DNA from: Macrostomum lignano
Lineage: Eukaryota
Length of the DNA: 64,000 nucleotides
NCBI GenBank assembly: GCA_002269645.1
Contig: NIVC01001465.1
Coordinates: 1-64,000, forward strand
Reading direction: 5' to 3'
How positions within the stretch are numbered: the first letter of the stretch is position 1; every line of letters begins with the position of its first letter. This document shows, piece by piece, positions 39,725 through 51,934 of this stretch. The notes below the pieces were generated by a model, which saw nothing but the letters and a program-made list of their open reading frames with translations, did no database searches and had not been told where the DNA came from. The position numbers and the translations under genes were made by a program.

Positions 39725-41120
39725 CTGGGGATAATCTCACTGAGGATAATCTGTCCCTGGGATAATCTCACTGAGGATAATCTCACTGAGGATAATCTGT
39801 CCCTGGGGATAATCTGTCCCAGGGGATAATCTGTCCCTGGGGATAATCTCACTGGTGATAATCTCTCACTGGGGATAATCTGTCCCTGGGGGATAATCTA
39901 TCCCTGGGGATAATCTCACTGGTGATAATCTCTCACTGGGGATAACCTCACTGAGGATAATCTCTCACTAGGGATAATATCACTGGGATATTTTCACTAG
40001 GGGGATAATCTCACTGGGGATAATCTCAAACCTCACTCAGGATAATCTCTCACTGGGGATAACCTCACTGAGGATAATCTCTCACTGAGGATAACATCAC
40101 CGGGGATAATCTTTCACTGGGGATAACCTCACTGAGGATAATCTCTCACTGGGGATAACATCACCGGGGATAATCTCTCACTGGGGATAACCTCACTGAG
40201 GATTATCTCTAACTGGGGATAACCTCACTGAGGATAATCTCTCACTGGGGATAACCTCACTGAGGATAATCTCTCACTGGGGATAACCTCACTGAGGATA
40301 ATCTCTCACTGGGGATAACATCACTGGGGATAACCTTACTGAGGATAATCTCTCACTGGGGATAACATCACCGGGGATAATCTCTCACTGGGTATAACAT
40401 CACCGGGGATAATCTCTCACTGGGGATAACCTCACTGAGGATAATCTCTCACTGGGGATAACCTCACTGAGGATAATCTCTCACTGGGGATAACATCACC
40501 GGGGATAATCTCTCACTGGGGATAACCTCACTGAGGATAATCTCTCACTGGGGATAACATCACCGGGGATAATCTCTCACTGGGGATAACCTCACTGAGG
40601 ATAATCTCTCACTGGGGATAACCTCACTGAGGATAATCTCTCACTGGGGATAACCTCACTGAGGATAATCTCTCACTGGGGATAACATCACCGGGGATAA
40701 TCTCTCACTGGGGATAACCTCACTGAGGATAATCTCTCACTGGGGATAACCTCACTGAGGATAATCTCTCACTGGGGATAACATCACCGGGGATAATCTC
40801 TCACTGGAGATAACCTCACTGAGGATAATCTCTCACTGGGGATAACCTCACTGAGGATAATCTCTCACTGGGATAACATCACCGGGGATAATCTCTCACT
40901 GGGGATAACCTCACTGAGGATAATCTCTCACTGGGATAACCTCACTGAGGATAATCTCTCACTGGGGATAACCTCACTGAGGATAATCTCTCACTGGGAT
41001 AACATCACTGGGGATAATCTCTCACTGGGGATAACCTCACTGAGGATAATCTCTCACTGGGGATAACATCACTGGGGATAACATCACTGGGGATAACATC
41101 ACTGGAGAAAATCTCACTGA
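39725..41120. repeat. 32-bp (15+17) minisatellite
   Basis: Unit CTCACTGGGGATAACCTCACTGAGGATAATCT. Confidence 0.95.
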
Positions 41121-41139
41121 CAAAAACGTACTTAATCAG

Positions 41140-41214
41140 GGCTTCTCCTATGCAGATCCCATAAATGATTTTATAACTGATGGACTTCCAACTCAAAAAG
41201 GCCCTCAAAAGCAG
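41140..41214 (+). CDS. Exon-like segment (GFSYADPINDFITDGLPTQKGPQKQ)
   Basis: taatcag acceptor, CAG|gtggcg donor, 75 bp open, phase 0/0. Confidence 0.25.
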
Positions 41215-42047
41215 GTGGCGCAGCTCACGTCCCCATCGCATCTATCAAAGCCATGCAGCTGACACAGCGAAATCGATTGATAACTCACTCTTTCCGCACT
41301 CCTCAATCAGTCCTGGGATTGATTGATGCGCGTCCTCTGTGAGATCGGGAAGCGCCCGCGTCACCACCGATAAAATTGGCGTGGGCTCCTCAGCTGGGGC
41401 GCCTCTCTGCCCCCCACCCCCCAATTTTCACCGGGGGTGCGCGGTCTGCTGTTTTAAAATAAAAAATCGTCGTACAATAATCTTACGGAGTCCAAAGCGA
41501 GAAAAAATCTCAGAGAGAGAGAGAGAGAATAGCCAGAGAAAAAACATCATTCCACTCATCCTGCACTCACCTATAGAACTGATGGAGCCGATTTCGCAGA
41601 AAAGCAGTCAGGCAGAGCTGGCTAAAGTGTTTCCCCGAAGCAGCACATCAAAGGCCGCGACGCCGGGCCCGTAGTTCGGCGTGTTTGTTAGGCGATAAGA
41701 TAGGGACTTAGCTGTGATGGCTAGTCTGGGGCTTAGAGGCATCGCGCTGATTTTTTTAATGCAATATTCACTCCCACATTGGCGATATTGCAATCAAAAT
41801 CTAAACACTGGCCGGCACTCTGGGGCTCAACTGAGTTGAAGACAAATTGAGTCCCCCCCCCGTCACCCTGACTTGCTGCTGTGGGCTCCGAGCTGCATTT
41901 GCCACTTTTTTCACCGGCTGCCTTTGAAGTTTCAGGCCTTACAATTGGGAGATAAGCGTTGGGGATTTGGGAATTTTGCTTCAGCCCTTACCTTGAGTTA
42001 AACACGACTTGAGTGATGTGGCCCCAGCAATCACTGAATGAGATCTG

Positions 42048-43410
42048 ACTGAGATGGGGTTCTCACTAGATAAGAGATCTGAGTGGGATGAGGTCCTCAC
42101 TAGATTAGAGATCTGAGTGAGATAGAGTCCTCACTAGATTAGAGATCTGAGTGAGATAGAGTCCTCACTAAATTAGAGATGTGAGTGATGAGGTCCTCAC
42201 TAGATTAGAGATCTGAGTGAGATAGAGTCCTCACTAGATTAGAGATCTGAGTGAGATAGAGTCCTCACTAGATTAGAGATGTGAGTGAGATAGAGTCCTC
42301 ACTAGATTAGAGATCTGAGTGAGATAGAGTCCTCACTAGATTAGAAATCTGAGTGAGATAGAGTCCTCACTAGATTAGAGATGTGAGTGATGAGGTCCTC
42401 ACTAGATTAGAGATCTGAGTGAGATGGAGTCCTCACTAGATTAGAGATCTGAGTGAGATGAGGTCCTCACTAGATTAGAGATCTGATAGAGATGAGGTCC
42501 TCACTAGATTAGAGATCTGAGTGAAATGAGGTCCTCACTAGATTAGAGATCTGAGTGAGATGAGGTCCTCACTAGATTAGAGATCTGAGTGAGATGAGGT
42601 CCTCACTAGATTAGATATCTGAGTGGGATGAGGTCCTCACTAGATTAGAGATGAGTGGGATGAGGTCCTCACTAGATTAGAGATCTGAGTAAGATGAGGT
42701 CCTCACTAGATTAGAGATCTGAGTGAGATGAGGTCCTCACTAGATTAGAGATCTGATAGAGATGAGGTCCTCACTAGATTAGAGATCTGAGTGAAATGCG
42801 GTCCTCACTAGATTAGAGATCTGATAGAGATGAGGTCCTCACTAGATTAGAGATCTGAGTGGGATGAGGTCCTCACTAGATTAGAGATCTGAGTGAGATG
42901 AGGTCCTCACTAGATTATATATCTGAGTGGGATGAGGTCCTCACTAGATTAGAGATGAGTGGGATGAGGTCCTCACTAGATTAGAGATCTGAGTAAGATG
43001 AGGTCCTCACTAGATTAGATATCTGAGTGAGATGAGGTCCTCACTAGATTAGATATCTGAGTGGGATGAGGTCCTCACTAGATTAGAGATGAGTGGGATG
43101 AGGTCCTCACTAGATTAGAGATCTGAGTAAGATGGGGTTCTCACTAGATTAGAGATCTGAGTAAGATGGGGTTCTCACTAGATTAGAGATCTGAGTAAGA
43201 TGAGGTCCTCACTAGATTAGAGATCTGAGTAAGATGAGGTCCTCACTAGATTAGAGATCTGAGTAAGATGGGGTTCTCACTAGATTAGATATCTGAGTGA
43301 GATGCGGTCCTCACTAGATTAGAGATCTGACTGAGATGGGGTTCTCATTAGATTAGAGATCTGAGTAAGATGAGGTCCTCACTAGATTAGAGATCTGAGT
43401 GATGCGGCCT
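42048..43410. repeat. 34-bp minisatellite containing palindromes
   Basis: Unit GATTAGAGATCTGAGTGAGATGAGGTCCTCACTA, which contains AGATCT and TGAGG-T-CCTCA. Confidence 0.95.
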
Positions 43411-43627
43411 CAGTGGGTGATCTGAGTTTATAAATAGAGTCGGACTGCGGCAGAATTCAATATGTCTATGACCGGCTGAAAACATACTTCAAGTAGATAA
43501 GAGTTTGGGTTTTTGCGCTTTGTGTTAATTTATGTAACCATTTGGGATAATTTTCGCTCGCCATCAAATCAGTTGGCCAACTAAAATTGACTGATTTAAT
43601 TGGCAAGTGCCTCAGCTGCAGGCGGGC

Positions 43628-43664
43628 ATGGGATGGCTTGGGCTGCTCCTCTATGCATCACTCG
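43628..43664 (+). CDS. Two-domain Ly6/uPAR (three-finger) protein, exon 1 (signal peptide)
   Basis: MGWLGLLLYASL, donor G|gtaaga (phase 1). Confidence 0.75.
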
Positions 43665-43695
43665 GTAAGACTGTCATTGCACTCTTGTACCTGCA

Positions 43696-44165
43696 TCGGG
43701 ATGGGAATCGGGATGGGAATCGGGATGGGAATCGGGATGGGAATCGGGATGGGAATCGGGATGGGAATCGGGATGGGAATCGGGATGGGAATCGGGATGG
43801 GAATCGGGATGGGAATCGGGATGGGAATCGGGATGGGAATCGGGATGGGAATCGGGATGGGAATCGGGATGGGAATCGGGATGGGAATCGGGATGGGAAT
43901 CGGGATGGGAATCGGGATGGGAATCGGATAGGAATCGGGATGGGAATCGGGATGGGAATCGGGATGGGAATCGGGATAGGAATCGGGATGGGAATCGGGA
44001 TGGGAATCGGGATGGGAATCGGGATGGGAATCGGGATGGGAATCGGGATGGGAATCGGGATGGGAATCGGGATGGGAATCGGAATAGGAATCGGGATGGG
44101 AATCGGAATGAGAATCGGGATGGAATCAGGATGGGAATCGGGATGGGAATCGGGATGGGAATCCA
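43696..44165. repeat. 12-bp minisatellite (GGGAATCGGGAT)n in Ly6 intron 1
   Basis: Direct reading. Confidence 0.97.
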
Positions 44166-44202
44166 GATGGAGTCGTGAATCGGTTCCCTCTGCGCCATCC
44201 AG

Positions 44203-44357
44203 CGGGTCTCTGCCGTGCCGAGATCGAGTGCTTCACGAATGGCATTTCGGCCTACCTGTTCGACCACTTTGGCAAGGGCGGCCTCATCAAGTGCAAATCA
44301 AGCACCGAGTGCTTCGAGTCCTGGGCTAACTCTGACAGCTCTTCCGACTCTAGCATT
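44203..44357 (+). CDS. Ly6/uPAR protein exon 2
   Basis: atccag|CG completes the signal peptide AGLCRA, then EIECFT..IKCKSSTECFESW..; donor ATT|gtgagc. Confidence 0.8.
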
Positions 44358-44417
44358 GTGAGCTGAGCTGGGTATTCTAATGTTTTCTAATTATCATTCT
44401 TCTTACCCCACATACCT

Positions 44418-44815
44418 AACCCCTCACCCCTCACCCCTCACCCCTCACCCCTCACCCCCTCACCCCTCACACTTCACCCCTCACCCCTCACCCCTCACCC
44501 CTCAACCCTCACCCCTCACCCACCTCACCCCCCTCTACCCTCACCCCTCACCCCTCACCCCTCAACCCTCACCCCTCACCCCCTCTACCCTCACCCTCAC
44601 CCCTCACCCCTCACCCCTCACACTTCACCCCTCACCCCTCAACCCTCACCCCTCACCCCTCACCTCTCACCCCTCACCCCTCACCCCTCACCCCCTCACC
44701 CCCTCATCCCTCACCCCTCACCCCTCACCCCTCACCCCTCACCCCCCTCACCCCTCACCCCTCAACCCTCACCCCCTCAACCCTCACCCCTCACCCCTCA
44801 CCCTTCGCCCTCGCC
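44418..44815. repeat. 7-bp (CCCCTCA)n array in Ly6 intron 2
   Basis: Direct reading. Confidence 0.95.
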
Positions 44816-44828
44816 CTCGCCACTGCAG

Positions 44829-45053
44829 AAGTACTCATCAGGCTGCACAGCTTGCGTTAAATGGTCGTTTGATTCGGAATGCAAGACCTGCAACACGCCG
44901 CTTTGCAACTTTCAACTGGCCAAGAAGATCACGCAGAACAACCTGCTTTGTTACTTTGCCGACGATGAAGCTAATATCGGAAAAAAGAGGGTCTGGTGCT
45001 CCAAAGATGCTGGAACCTGCTACCATTTGGAGTACAAGAACAAGTATAATGAG
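44829..45053 (+). CDS. Ly6/uPAR protein exon 3 (end of domain 1, start of domain 2)
   Basis: ctgcag|KYSSGCTACVKWSFDSECKTCNTPLCN..LLCYF..VWCSKDAGTCYHLEYKNKYNE|gtgagc; 225 bp, phase 0/0. Not in the ORF track. Confidence 0.85.
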
Positions 45054-45104
45054 GTGAGCAAAATTTCTGAACAGCTGTGTCAATTTATTACAGCTTAATT
45101 AACT

Positions 45105-47080
45105 CTAATCTAATCTTATATAATATATTTAATCTAATCTAATCTAATCTAATCCAATCCAATCCAATCTAATCCAATCCAATCTAATCTAATCCAATCT
45201 AATCCAATCTAATCCAATCTAATCCAATCCAATCTAATCCAATCCAATCCAATCTAATCCAATCTAATCCAATCTAATCCAATCCAATCCAATCTAATCC
45301 AATCCAATCCAATCTAATCCAATCCAATCCAATCTAATCCAATCCAATCCAATCCAATCTAATCCAATCCAATCCAATCTAATCCAATCTAATCCAATCT
45401 AATCCAATCTAATCCAATCTAATCCAATCTAATCTAATCCAATCCAATCCAATCCAATCCAATCCAATCTAATCCAATCCAATCCAATCTAATCCAATCC
45501 AATCCAATCCAATCCAATCCAATCCAATCCAATCCAATCTAATCTAATCCAATCCAATCCAATCTAATCCAATCTAATCCAATCCAATCTAATCCAATCT
45601 AATCCAATCTAATCCAATCTAATCCAATCTAATCTAATCCAATCCAATCCAATCTAATCCAATCTAATCCAACCTAATCCAATTTAATCTAATCCAATCC
45701 AATCCAATCTAATCCAATCCAATCCAATCTAATCCAATATAATCCAATCTAATCCAATCCAATCCAATCCAATCCAATCCAATCTAATCCAACCTAATCC
45801 AATCTAATCTAATCCAATCTAATCCAATCCAATCCAATCTAATCCAATCCAATCTAATCCAATCCAATCCAATCTAATCCAATCTAATCCAACCTAATCC
45901 AATTTAATCTAATCCAATCCAATCCAATCTAATCCAATCCAATCCAATCTAATCCAATCCAATCCAATCCAATCTAACCCAATCCAATCCAATCTAATCC
46001 AATCCAATCCAATCCAATCCAATCTAATCCAATCTAATCCAATCTAATCTAATCCAATCCAATCCAATCCAATCTAATCCAATCCAATCCAATCTAATCC
46101 AATCCAATCCAATCCAATCCAATCCAATCCAATCTAATCCAATCTAATCCAATCTAATCTAATCCAATCCAATCCAATCCAATCTAATCCAATCTAATCC
46201 AATCTAATCTAATCCAATCCAATCCAATCCAATCCAATCCAATCTAATCCAATCCAATCCAATCTAATCCAATCCAATCCAATCCAATCCAATCTAATCC
46301 AATCTAATCCAATCCAATCTAATCCAATCTAATCCAATCTAATCCAATCCAATCCAATCCAATCCAATCCAATCCAATCTAATCCAACCTAATCCAATCT
46401 AATCTAATCCAATCTAATCCAATCCAATCCAATCTAATCCAATCCAATCTAATCCAATCCAATCCAATCTAATCCAATCTAATCCAACCTAATCCAATTT
46501 AATCTAATCCAATCCAATCCAATTTAATCTAATCCAATCCAATCCAATCTAATCCAATCCAATCCAATCCAATCCAATATAATCCAATCTAATCCAATCC
46601 AATCCAATCCAATCCAATCCAATCCAATCTAATCCAATCTAATCCAACCTAATCCAATTTAATCTAATCCAATCCAATCCAATCTAATCCAATCCAATCC
46701 AATCTAATCCAATCCAATCCAATCTAATCCAATCCAATCCAATCTAATCCAATCTAATCTAATCCAATCCAATCCAATCCAATCCAATCTAATCCAATCC
46801 AATCCAATCTAATTTAATCCAATCCAATCCAATCTAATCCAATATAATCCAATCTAATCCAATCCAATCCAATCCAATCCAATATAATCCAATCTAATCC
46901 AATCTAATCCAATCCAATACAATCCAATCTAATCCAATCTAATCCAATCCAATCCAATCCAATCCAATCTAATTCAATCCAATACAATCTAATCCAATCC
47001 AATCCAATCCAATCCAATCAAATCTAATCTAATCTAATCCAATCTAATCCTATCTAATCCAATCTAATCCAATCTAACCA
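45105..47080. repeat. 5-bp (AATCC/AATCT)n array in Ly6 intron 3
   Basis: Direct reading. Confidence 0.97.
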
Positions 47081-47102
47081 AACCAAACGTCACCCCAACC
47101 AG

Positions 47103-47528
47103 AACCGGTACCACGCTGGCTGCGGCAAGGGCTGGACGGGCTGCAAGACGTGCAAAACGTCGCTGTGCAATATCCCTGACTCGCAGCGCGCCTTGGCGGA
47201 GCCCTCCAGCGGCGTTGACTTTGCCGCGCTGTCGCAGGGCCAGCCAGCCGCCGTCGGGCGGGTGATCGGGCCGGCTGGCAGCAAAGCAGCACGGCGGAGG
47301 ACACTGGCCAACGCCACCGCGGCCAGCGATTCGAAGGACGAGAAGAAGAAGGGCGCCAAGGCCAAGGCTGCCAATCAGTTTGACTACGACTACGATGGCT
47401 GCGGCGACTTCAGGGCGACAGCAGCTGCCGTGGCGGCCATGGCCCAGCTGTGCCTGTGGCTGCGCCTGCCCGGAGCACAGCCACAGACATTAATAATAGC
47501 AGTAGGACTCTTTGCTATGCTAGTTTAG
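47103..47528 (+). CDS. Ly6/uPAR protein exon 4 (domain 2 end, stalk, hydrophobic GPI-type tail)
   Basis: aaccag|NRYHAGCGKGWTGCKTCKTSLCN, low-complexity stalk, hydrophobic C-terminus, TAG at 47528. The four exons total 843 bp (280 aa). Confidence 0.82.
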   Translation, partial: NRYHAGCGKGWTGCKTCKTSLCNIPDSQRALAEPSSGVDFAALSQGQPAAVGRVIGPAGSKAARRRTLANATAASDSKDEKKKGAKAKAANQFDYDYDGCGDFRATAAAVAAMAQLCLWLRLPGAQPQTLIIAVGLFAMLV

Positions 47529-47597
47529 TCCAGCTTTCATTTCAGACAGACACTGGGCACGTAAATGTATATGCAGGATGGCAGTCAGAGCCAATAT

Positions 47598-49410
47598 ACA
47601 CTTCTCACTCTCACACTTCTCACTTTCACACTTCTCCCTCTCACACTTCTCACTCTCACACTTCTCACTCTCACACTTCTCACTTTCACACTTCTCCCTC
47701 TCACACTTCTCACTCTCACACTTCTCACTCTCACACTTCTCACTCTCACACTTCTCACTTTCACACTTCTCACTTTCACACTTCTCCCTCTCACACTTCT
47801 CACTCTCACACTTCTCACTTTCACACTTCTCACTCTCACACTTCTCACTCTCACACTTCTCACTCTCACACTTCTCACTCTCACACTTCTCACTCTCACA
47901 CTTCTCACTCTCACACTTCTCACTCTCGCCCTTCTCACTCTCACACTTCTCACTCTCACACTTCTCACTCTCGCCCTTCTCACTCTCACACTTCTCACTC
48001 TCACACTTCTCATTCTCGCCCTTCTCAATTTCACACTTCTCAATCTCACACTTCTCAATCTCACACTTCTCACTCTCACACTTCACACTCTCACACTTCT
48101 CACTCTCACACTTCTCACTCTCACACTTCTCACTCTCACACTTCTCACTCTCACACTTCTCACTCTCACACTTCTCACTTTCACACTTCTCACTTTCACA
48201 CTTCTCCCTCTCACACTTCTCACTCTCACACTTCTCACTCTCACACTTCTCACTCTCACACTTCTCACTCTCACACTTCTCACTTTCACACTTCTCACTC
48301 TCACACTTCTCACTCTCACACTTGTCACTCTCACACTTCTCACTCTCACACTTCTCACTCTCACACTTCTCACTCTCACACTTCTCACTCTCGCCCTTCT
48401 CACTCTCACACTTCTCACTCTCACACTTCTCACTCTCGCCCTTCTCACTCTCACACTTCTCACTCTCACACTTCTCACTCTCACACTTCTCACTCTCACA
48501 CTTCTCACTCTCACACTTCTCACTCTCACACTTCTCACTCTCACACTTCTCACTCTCACACTTCTCACTCTCACACTTCTCATTCTCACACTTCTCACTC
48601 TCACACTTCTCACTCTCACACTTCTCACTCTCACACTTCCCACTCTCACACTTCTCACTCTCACGCTTCTCACTCTCACACTTCTCACTCTCACACTTCT
48701 CACTCTCGCCCTTCTCACTCTCACACTTCTCACTCTCACACTTCTCACTCTCACACTTCTCACTCTCACACTTCTCATTCTCACACTTCTCACTCTCACA
48801 CTTCTCACTCTCACACTTCTCACTCTCACACTTCCCACTCTCACACTTCTCACTCTCACGCTTCTCACTCTCACACTTCTCACTCTCACACTTCTCACTC
48901 TCGCCCTTCTCACTCTCACACTTCTCACTCTCACACTTCTCACTCTCACACTTCTCACTCTCACACTTCTCACTCTCACACTTCTCACTCTCACACTTCT
49001 CACTCTCACACTTCTCACTCTCACACTTCTCACTCTCACGCTTCCCACTCTCACACTTCTCACTCTCACACTTCTCACTCTCACACTTCTCACTCTCACA
49101 CTTCCCACTCTCACACTTCTCACTCTCACGCTTCTCACTCTCACACTTCTCATTCTCACACTTCTCACTCTCACACTTCTCACTCTCACACTTCTCACTC
49201 TCACACTTCTCACTCTCACACTTCTCACTCTCACACTTCTCACTCTCACACTTCTCATTCTCACACTTCTCACTCTCACACTTCTCACTCTCACACTTCT
49301 CACTCTCACACTTCTCACTCTCACACTTCTCACTCTCACACTTCCCACTCTCACACTTCCCACTCTCACACTTCCCACTCTCACACTTCCCACTCTCACA
49401 CTTCTCACTC
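47598..49410. repeat. 15-bp pyrimidine-rich minisatellite
   Basis: Unit CTTCTCACTCTCACA. Confidence 0.97.
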
Positions 49411-49884
49411 TTTAAGCTTAGAAAAATATCTTTAAAACAACTTTTGAATTCTAGTCAATGACTCAGATGAAAAATTTCAATCAGAGCGTAAAGCATTTCC
49501 TAGAACATTTTCGCTTCATGCTACTTACAAGTAACAAATATTAAAATAGATTTTTTGGTTCACACGGGTAAACAGCTGCCAAGACCAGAAAATGTGACAA
49601 ATGTCTATAAAATGTCTTTAAAATGACCATATTAAATGTCTTCTTGTGTTCCGTCATTTACAATTGTTCTGTGACAGGCAATTTTGTTCATACAAAGGTC
49701 CGTGATTAATAATTAATGAAGCATCAGAGTCATAAACTCAGGCGGCTCTGAGCACTGCTGCAAGTCAAGGCAAGAGTCGGCCCATTCCGCTGGACCCCGG
49801 AGCACGCACACCCTCACACAGGGTCTGCACCAGCCGGAACAGTATATGCACTCCCCGTGCACAAGCTTCAGGCAAAGTTTGAGT

Positions 49885-50380
49885 TTGAGATTAGATTAGA
49901 TTAGATTTGGAACTGGTTAGATTAGACTAGATTGATTTTAGATTAGACTAGATAGATAGATACCGACAAACCATTTTAGTATAGTGGATTAGATTGGATT
50001 GGATTAGATTAGATAAGACTAGGTTTGACTGGATTAAACTGGATTAGATTAGATTAAACTAAATTTAACTAAATTAGGTTAAATTAAATGAAATTAGATT
50101 AGATTAAATGGGATTTTATTAGATGAGATTATATTAAGATTAGATTTGATTTGATTTGATTTGATAAGCTTAGATTTGATGAGATTAGATTAGATTAGAT
50201 AAGATTAGATAAGTTAAGATAAGATAAGATAAGATTAGATTAGATTAGATTAGATTAGATTAGATAAGATTAGATTAGATTAGATTAGATTAGATTAGAT
50301 TAGATTAGATTAGATTAGATTAGATTAGATTAGATTAAATTAGATTAGATTAAATTAAATTAGATTAGATTAGATTAGAT
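49885..50380. repeat. (GATTA)n pentamer array abutting the DEG/ENaC stop codon
   Basis: Pure at 50220-50380, degenerate toward 49885. Confidence 0.93.
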
Positions 50381-51680
50381 TCATACATTCTGCTCGCTGA
50401 TGGAGCGGCTAGTTGTCGGTTTCAGCTTGCAGCCGATGCCAGACCGCAGCGACAGCTCGTCGACAACGCAGACGCTGCTGCAGCTGTCGAAGCCCTCGTT
50501 GGGACGCCCCTGCCCCGCTTGTTCAGCAGCCGTCGGCGCCACGCCGTTTGCCGCTGTGGGAGGAGGCCTTCGCCGCAACCGCAGTCGGGCCACCTCCAGA
50601 AAGTCGTGGAGCAGCTCGAACAGCTCCATCAGCGACAGCAGCGACATGCCGAGAAACAGGCCGAGGAGGCCGCCCACGTCGGCCACGAGGCTGTTGAAGC
50701 TGTAGGCCAGGGCCATCTGCGTCTCGGAGCTGCGCAGCTCCGCCCCGGTGATCATAATCTGGGTCAGCGAGCCGCGCGCCTCGGCGATGCCGCTGCTGTT
50801 CTCGGCCAGGTATTTCATGCCGGGCGCGGGCACCGGCCCGTTGACAATGTACCGGTTGATGATGGGCACCAGGAAGTTCTGGAAGGTGCGCTCGCTCGGC
50901 CAGGTGCTGGAGGCGTACTGGTAGGAGTACACGCGACTTCGGCACGGCTTCAGGTCCTCGCAGATCCGCCGGGCCTCGTTGGAAATGTTCGACCGAGCGT
51001 CCAGCAGCTCGTTGGTGAACACGTGCGGCGCGAAGTGGACGGCTGAGCTTGAGTTGTCTTCGGTGAGGTTGAAGCAGCTGCGCATGTGGCGGAACTCCCA
51101 GGCCAGCGGGATCGGCCACATGGAGCAGTTGAAGCGGGCTAGCGAGCGGCGGGCGATCTCCCGGTACCAGCAGGCGCCCTGGCTGAACTCGAATGTCTCC
51201 CTGGCCCCGCTGTACGGATTCACGAAGTCGATAGCGTCAGCTTGGCCGGGCGTGCACTGGCCGGCGAAATCAGATTCATCGTAGATCAAGTCCTGCATGC
51301 GCAGCTGGATGCGGTGCTGCAGGCCCGGCCCCACCACGAGCTGTGTGTTCAGCTCGCTGGGGTAGTGGCCCTTCGGCACGAAGAACAGCCGCGTGCCGGC
51401 CGACCGGACGAAGTCGGTGCCGTAGGTGAAGTCCCAGTCGTAGGGCTTCAGGTCGAACGGGCCGTCGCTGTAGATTTGAATGTCGGCTTCGCTGGTGTCG
51501 AACGGCCGCGGCAGCTGCGGGTCGAGGAACATCACCAGGATGAGGGAGTCGCTGACGCTCTGCAGCTCGATTCGGGACGTCCTCGACCAGGCGAGCTTGA
51601 GGCAGGACAGGCGGGACGGGCTGTAGTGAACCTGCCTGTCCGACATGGTCAGGTCGTAGATTATGTCCTGGTCGATCCAC
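50381..51680 (-). CDS. DEG/ENaC (ASIC/ENaC/pickpocket superfamily) channel, exon 2
   Basis: Acceptor ctacag|G; extracellular G.RLF..P segment, Cys-containing thumb, and TM2 YSFNSLVADVGGLLGLFLGMSLLSLMELFELL with a GxS filter. Confidence 0.93.
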
Positions 51681-51934
51681 CTGTAGCCAAGCAGTTGGGT
51701 TGGGGTCTGGGTTTCTTGTGCATTTTGAGTGCAGTTTGCACCCGAAAGTTGCTATTTGTAGATTTTTGGGCAGAGGTGCAAATTTGGATCATAATGACGA
51801 GGCACGCACTTTTGAAATCTTACAATCGCACTTGAATTCTCACCTTTTCTTTTCTTGCTGTTAAGAAGGCGGGTTCTGGGTTATTCTCTTTTATTGAACC
51901 TTTATTTGTTCTTTTTTATTTTATTTATTATCAG

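Noticed and set aside
34500-43410. CRISPR-like appearance of the 32-37 bp repeats
   Set aside because: Units are contiguous with no unique spacers, no cas genes are present, and the context is eukaryotic.
44418-44815. Interstitial telomere (CCCTCA-like; also the TAGGG 9-mer)
   Set aside because: The units are 7 bp and 9 bp, not TTAGGG/CCCTAA arrays.
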